Of a DNA stretch of 64,000 bases, positions 56,952 to 64,000 are shown piece after piece; position 1 is the stretch's first letter, and every line of letters begins with the position of its first letter. This DNA is from Chrysomallon squamiferum (taxonomy: Eukaryota > Animalia > Mollusca): the NCBI GenBank assembly GCA_012295275.1, contig CM022679.1:21762001-21826000 (forward strand), given 5' to 3'. The notes under the pieces are model-generated. The model did not search any database. It saw nothing but the letters and a program-made list of their open reading frames with translations, and was not told where the DNA came from. A program made the position numbers and the translations under genes.

Positions 56952-57942
56952 TTCAGGTTAGGAAACGCGTTTTAGGAAGTAGGGGTAGGCTAAGTTTTAT
57001 GACACTGACGTATGAAAGGCGTACAGCAGACACTCAGTGAGAAAACATTTTGATTTGAAGTCGTTGTTTGTTATTGGTGGTAGAAAAGAGAAAAATGTTT
57101 TGACGTGTCTATTATCTGTTTTGCCTATCATAACAATTTCAAATTTGAAAAAAGTCGTTTCAAATGTAACCAATTCATTAAAAATATAGGTATTTATTTC
57201 CAATCTTTTAAAAATTTATTTCATTATTATTATTGTTGTTGTTGTTGTTGTTGTTGTTTTTTTTTAACAAAATATTTTGATATTGTGATGTCTATGAAAG
57301 CTGAGTGCAATGTACAAGTATAATTATAGAAAATAACAAGTTATTTTTAATTGCTATAAATCCGACAAACGCTAGCAAATAAACGTCTCTCACTCTGTAC
57401 TTATACAGAATTCAAACACAAACTGGAAATAAACAAAACAATGGAACTCCTTCTCCTTGCACACCCCTCACTTCCAGCACTGCTGAAAACACGAAACTGT
57501 TACAGATTAATACCTTTCTAAGCAGGATGCACAGCGCCATCTGTTTGCGTTATCTCCCCTTTAATATCAAGACGCGAGTATCAAAACTGAAAACATGTGT
57601 AAGGAAATTCAAAAATCCTGTCTGTGTGGGAGAAGAAAAAAAAAAAAAAAGGAAAAAATAATCTTAATGGTTTATCTGACCTTGAACCCGTATATGTAGA
57701 ACGTTATCTCTTTATCTTTCTCTCGATATCAGAATACCTTTGTTGATAATGTTAATGGTTGGCAAGGTGAAAACGACCGAGTTGAGGAATTGAGTAATCT
57801 TTAATAAAGCGACAGATGTAGTTTTAACGTAGTTAGTATTAGCTGATTACATTTAGTTTTATTTATTTTATTTTATTTTTTATTTTATTTCAGAAGGTCA
57901 AGTTAATTTAACAACAGGTTTAATGTTTTAAAAATATTAATA

Positions 57943-58001
<59 letters not shown>

Positions 58002-58096
58002 ATCGACATCATCGTCATCATTATTTATTTATTTATGTGTCTGTTAGTGTTGTTTCAGTAATATATTAGGCTTAAATCTAGGTTTTAATATATATA

Positions 58097-58132
<36 letters not shown>

Positions 58133-59686
58133 TGTATGATGCTTGTGTTAAATTGAAAGTATGACGAAGTGAAAGAAAGGCAGGAAGATAAAGAGTAAGC
58201 CTAAAACAAAACAAAACAAAACAAAAAATAACAAAAAACAACAAACAACAAAAAAATTAGAAATTAGAAATATAAAAGACAGAGACAGACAGACAGACAG
58301 TCAGACAAAACGAAAGGGCCAAGGACACACAAACAGAGGAAGAGAAACAAGAAAGACAGTGCTTGTTTTTATTTCTCATATTCTTGCATCATCCCGTCTA
58401 TCGCGGTTTACTTTGCATTAATCTTTGCTCCTCGCCTTGTGTGTTTTTCTGATGTGCTGAAGTCGTCACTGCCACAGGATGAAACAAGAACAAACAGAGA
58501 AAGTAAATACTGCAAAAGTCTGAGAAAACGAATTAATTGGAAGATAAACAAGATATGCGGAATCCCAGTTTTGAAAACGCTAACTATAAACACAGCCAAG
58601 CTAAAGAGACCCGTGGAATTTTTTTGACGTCTGCTTAATTGTAAAAAAACAATTGTCTAAGTGGCTCGTTATGTCGTTTATGACGTCAGAACAGATAATA
58701 ATGTCATAACAACAAACGAAATATCACCTACGATTTCTTTCTTTCGTTTTTTTTTTTTCCTCCCTTTTTTTCGTTTTTTTTTTCTTCTTTGCTGGCGTTT
58801 ACTTTATTAAAGAAAAACATGGTCTCTGCATGCTGAAATAAAATTTGAAATAAACTGCCTGATCATGGTTGTGTATACAACACGTAAATAACTAAGCTGA
58901 TTGTTTGTTTATTCTTGGTTAAAGCGCATGAGACAAATCACCTGCTCTGTTACATTTTCTGCACTAACCTGCACGTGTTACTGAAAAAAAAAAAATGCAA
59001 TGTAAATCATTTAAATAAAGTTGCAATTCCAGGCTTAAAGGACTTTTTAATTTCTGATCAATCAATTCAGTTATTTTTTAAACGTTTAATACTTATATGC
59101 ATTTGAATCCCTATACTCCTGCACATAAACAACGATGGATGTATGGATATATGAATATGTATATGCACCTATATTATATATATAAATATACAGTATATAT
59201 ATATATATATATGTAGAGGTGTGGATGGATTTATGCATGCACATGCTGAGGTACATGCATCTATCTTTATCTACCTATCTGTGTATCTTCTGCATTTAGA
59301 CGTCATTAAGTATGAGTAAGTCAGTCTATAAATAACGTAATATCGCTGATAACACATTTGGCATTTCTCACCAGAATTTGGTGCAAAGAGCACTCCCCCG
59401 TGAAACAGAAACCTTCATATTTTCATGCTAAGTGCGCGCTGCACTTCATTATTCCTGACATGCAGTTTATAAATACATATCCAGATGCAATGCCGTTAAA
59501 TGCACTACATGTTTCCAAACAATAACTGCGTGTTTTGTAATAAATACTGTCGGTTTCCTAGTAACACGGTGACGTAATACCTCTGTGATGGCGCAATACT
59601 TTCAGCTAGAGTGGTTTAGCGAATTGCGAAATTTTCTTTCAGTCTTGAAAGAAATATTTATGGAATTATAATTATTATTAGTAGTA

Positions 59687-59763
<77 letters not shown>

Positions 59764-61106
59764 CGTTGTTATTGTGTAGTAAAGTGGTAGTTGTAGTAGC
59801 GGTGATTGATTGTAAGTCGTAGTATTAATAACGCGCAGGTAACGTTGTTGTTGTTGTTGTTGTTGTTGCTGCTGCTGCTACTGCTGTTGTTGTTGTTGTT
59901 ATTACTGTTCATATGCAGATATTATTTTCTGAACATGACATTATATCCAATTCTTAGTGTCTTCATAATTCGTAAACTGCTGCTGAATCATGATAAAACT
60001 GAACAGGTGAAATTTTGCACTAAAGATTTTAAAACAAATTTAAAAATAATCACATAATTTTTATAAAATATTACTTGAACCATTGTAATTCGGCTCACTT
60101 TGTGTCTCTTTCACTTTCTCAGAAAAAAAAAATCATATAATTACTTCTGTCAGTTTTATCTCTTCTGTTTTTATTATTTTATTATTAAAGACATATTATA
60201 TCCTTATTTAATTAGCATAACTTTTTAACTGTCATTTTCAACTCCCTTTTTTTTTTTAACTAGAAGGGCGTGTATTAAAAACACATTATATATCGCCATT
60301 TTAATTAACATCATACAAGATGCAATCTGATCATCTCACGCAATCTTCTGATGCTGGATCTATTTGTTGTCTTTGGCATCTAAGTGTTATTTTAAAACGA
60401 AATGATGTTCTGAATCTCTGACTTTCTGCACGTACGGGAGAAATAATTTTTTGGAAAATTAAAAAATAAGAAAAAAAAAGAAAAGAAAAAGAAAAGAAGA
60501 AAAAAGAAAAGAAATCGAAAAAAAAAAAAAAAATTCTTGAAATAACATATGTCACATGGCACGTAATCCACACTACGAAAATAGGACAACAGGCATTAAT
60601 TTACACTTAATGTTGGGAAGTATTAATTTCTAGATCGTAACAAAAACATTCGGACGGGAAGAAGCGAAAGAGAAACAAAGTTATTGCTTATAGGCGACAC
60701 TCAGCGTCATATTTACAGCCTCGCAGTCACCCATTCGTCAAACCATAAAACACTTCCGGTTATATATATAAAACGAAATAAACGACCTGGGTTATAGAGA
60801 CCTTATGACGCACACTTAATTTGACCTGAATGAAAACCGTGACAGGCATTAAATAAATGATATATGAATCATTTTAGTTCATTCGTTGAATTCTTTCTAT
60901 ATCGTTATTAGAATGCCGTTAATAATAATAATAACAATAATAATAATAATAATAATAATAATGAAAAGAAGATGATGATGATAATTATAGTCGTCGTAGT
61001 CGTAGTAGTAGTACTAGCTGTTGTCATTATTATTTAATAGAAATTGTAATTATAAATATTAGTTACAACAACGAGAATAACTACTATAATAAAAACAACA
61101 ACACAA

Positions 61107-61138
<32 letters not shown>

Positions 61139-63360
61139 AAACTATCTACTACTACTAACATTTACAACTACTAACACGATAACGCAGAAACCAAACAAAT
61201 ATAAACCTGTAAAAAGAAAGATTTACTAATTATAATATGAATAACAAACATAAATATTTGAAAGAATGAACGAACGAATGAATTAACGAATGAATAAAGG
61301 AAAGACGGAATGGATGACTGGATGAACGAAAGGAATCTGAAATATCAGTCCATGACAAAATCTTTATCGCTAATGCGTTATAAGTAATTTTAAAACATCA
61401 CCACTCAGTCATGAAATGAACAAACCAATTAACGAATCGATCAATGAATTAAAAAAACATAAATGAACGCACGCATACCCATAAATAAATAAACGTAACA
61501 ACAAATCAAAACACAAATTTCCAACAATAAAATCTTAATTCGCAAGCTAATGACCAAGTGAATGAATGAAATGATGAAACTGAGAGAATGACGTAAATAA
61601 TTTAAAAAAAATTAATAATAATAAAATAAAAGGAAACAGAATAAACTGCACATGATGTAATGATATAACGAAAGACAAAATGACTACGAATGAATGTTTT
61701 GAAGTTAGTACAAAAAAGAAGAAACGAATGAAATCAGGTTGCAACCTCAATGACAGTGATGAAGATGCGTGTATCTGTAATACGGATATATAAGGCAATG
61801 TCCTTTGATGCCCTCTACGGAATTAAGACTAAGCTCAATACTGCCTCGAAATGTCAGAATTTCCATTTCTTTCACGATCTTTTGCTTCTTTACGTCTCTA
61901 AGTTCAGATTTGTGATCAATGAAGTTTCGATTTCACACGAGTATGTTGGGGGCTTTTTTTGTGCTTTTTTCTTCTTTTCTTTTTTGTGCTTTTTCTTTTC
62001 CTGGTTTTATTTTCTCTGCTTTTTTTCCTTTTTCTTTCTTTCTTTTTTTTCTTTGTTATCTATTTTTTGTTTTTAGTATTTTGGTGTTGTGTTTTACTGT
62101 TGTTTTTTTGTTTTTGGTTTTTTTCAGGGTTTTTTTTTCTTGCTAAGGGGATATATCGCATTAGATCACACAACGGGATCTATGAATACACTTTTATCCT
62201 GAAATATTCAGTTTCAAGATAGCTAAGTAAACACATGGGTTTGAAGATCATTTTTTTTTTTCTAAACATTTTTTTTACTACATTTTTTTTTTAACTTCTT
62301 TTTTTTTAATGGCTGAACGAACTGAGGCATTGGGGACATTTTGGTACAGAGTAATAAAAAATAAAAAGGTGTCATTTTTTTTTTCCATTTTTTTTTTTTT
62401 TTTTTATATACATTTTTTCCGATATGCTTGAATTGTTTGTGTATCAAATTGCAATCAGATGATGTCTACTGTTTTAAAGGGCAGTAAACCAATAAAACAT
62501 GTCTCAGATACAAATCTTGTGTCTGTCAGCTGGATGGATTTGGTAACTAGATATGTGTGCGTGTATCCATGTGTGTGTTCTCTGTGTGTTCCGCTAGCGA
62601 TTAATTTTACATTTGTTAAAAGAAACAAATAATTTTAAGTTGTGTAACTGTTAATATATTTATTTAGTGCGACCTTACAACTGAAAGTGTACTGTAATTT
62701 AGTTTAGGAATTTATTTGAAATTTTAATGAATTTATTTCCAATGGTTTGCTTATTTGTAAGTATTTTTTTCCTTCTAAAATGCGTTTTTGTTTTTCGTTT
62801 TGTTCTGCATTTTAAGTAAATAAGCACAGAATTAAATATCAAAAGAAAAAAGTCATAAATCTTGAAATTCAGTTTGGTCAGAAAATTACTAAGAAGTAGG
62901 TCTGCAATGTGATTTATTAAGCTTTTTTTTTTTTAACAGAAGTTGAGTTTTTTAATCGAGAAAAGATATCTTTTAAAAGATATAAGAATTAAAGTATTTC
63001 ACAGGGAAACATATATACGTATATCATTATCTCTTTTTTCTCTTGTGTGGTCTTTATATTAATAAAATACAATTCCGAACTGCTATAACACTTAATATAT
63101 TTTCGTGAGTTTCGTTCTTTCGACACTAAAAAATGTTTTGCTATTCAAACTGATTTTACTTGTTAAATTACAATTTTATTTACTCTAAAATGCAAAATAT
63201 TAATTTTGTTGCACACACACAAACACACACAGACACACACACACAAACGCACGTACACACATATACGTGTGTGTGTCAAAACGCATCATTGTTTCTTAAT
63301 CGGGAAGGTGTTTTTATTTTTCACCACTGTTCATTCGGCTTTCAGGGTTTCAGTGTGTGG

Positions 63361-63456
63361 CCAATCAAAAAGCAATCAGCGGTCAGTTTCGTCTTCACCC
63401 CGTCTGAGCGCGGCGCCATCTTCAGGCGGAAACAGCCGTCCTAATTCGAGGTAAGT
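63361..63456 (+). promoter_or_regulatory. Candidate promoter and non-coding first exon (~63385-63450) of a plus-strand gene continuing beyond the window
   Basis: CCAAT 63361, Inr TCAGTT 63383-63388, YY1 motif CGCCATCTT 63414-63422 and consensus donor GAG|gtaagt at 63450/63451. CpG-rich sequence continues to ~63850. Confidence 0.6.
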
Positions 63457-64000
63457 GTTTGTTATCACTGCAGACGTTACAGACATCCATTTGTGAAGGC
63501 TAAACTACAATTGCCATTCCCGTTTTTTTCAGAGATATCCTAAAAGCCCCTAGGCATCCCACGTCTAATCGCACGATCTTGTCGGCAGCCATTAAGGGTA
63601 AAGGGAGAGTACTCTAATATCGGGCACTCAAGACGTCGGATGCCGCGCGTTTCGAGTCGTTATCGCGGGTGACTGAAGTCAGCTGTTCGCAATCGCTTTG
63701 AAAATGGGTTTGGCCGTCTCCCAGCTCGGCCATGTTCTTGCGTTTCCTTCAACATGAGAAAGTTTTAGTATCTTTGCAACGATAACTGAAGAAACGTCTT
63801 CTTACTTCTTTGAAAGATACGTGTTTAATTAGGCGGCGTATTGACGTTGTGTGTGCACCTTTAACGTGTTTTTTTTTTTTTTAAAGGTTTAATGTACAAG
63901 CTGAAAGTACAGACAGCGTTTTATGATTATTTTTCGTTTCTTTGGCTTGTGATGAACGACATCATTTTTGCTTCATGCTGAATTTAGAGTTCGTTACATC

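Overview
Eukaryotic (animal) genomic DNA: very AT-rich, dense in microsatellites and gene-poor. The interspersed-repeat fragments resemble gastropod/molluscan SINEs, which is from recall and not a search. Nearly all ORFs in the supplied track are simple-repeat artefacts. The one well-supported coding signal is a two-exon spliced ORF on the minus strand (23654-23542 joined to 21505-21286) whose phases match exactly. It encodes either a ~100-aa protein I do not recognise (MWWPQSDESS...RSRSMEELSK...SLERIHQSQAALHSFLHERFVPSLYPLKQLGSVG*) or the C-terminus of a longer protein, and its probable non-coding first exon is at 38816-38627. Other candidate promoters or first exons lie at ~10.2 kb, ~13.9 kb (-), ~39.1 kb (+) and ~63.4 kb (+). 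Mobile DNA comprises an internally deleted Mutator-like (FLYWCH-MULE) element with TIR remnants and a 9-bp TSD (47112-47998), a local duplicate of its end, two MITE-like relics and several SINE fragments, two of them inverted. Five minisatellites are present. Short CpG-containing islets carry many CRE, C/EBP-ATF and CACGTG motifs, suggesting a large signal-responsive regulatory landscape. No CRISPR array, rRNA, intact tRNA or recognisable conserved miRNA was found.
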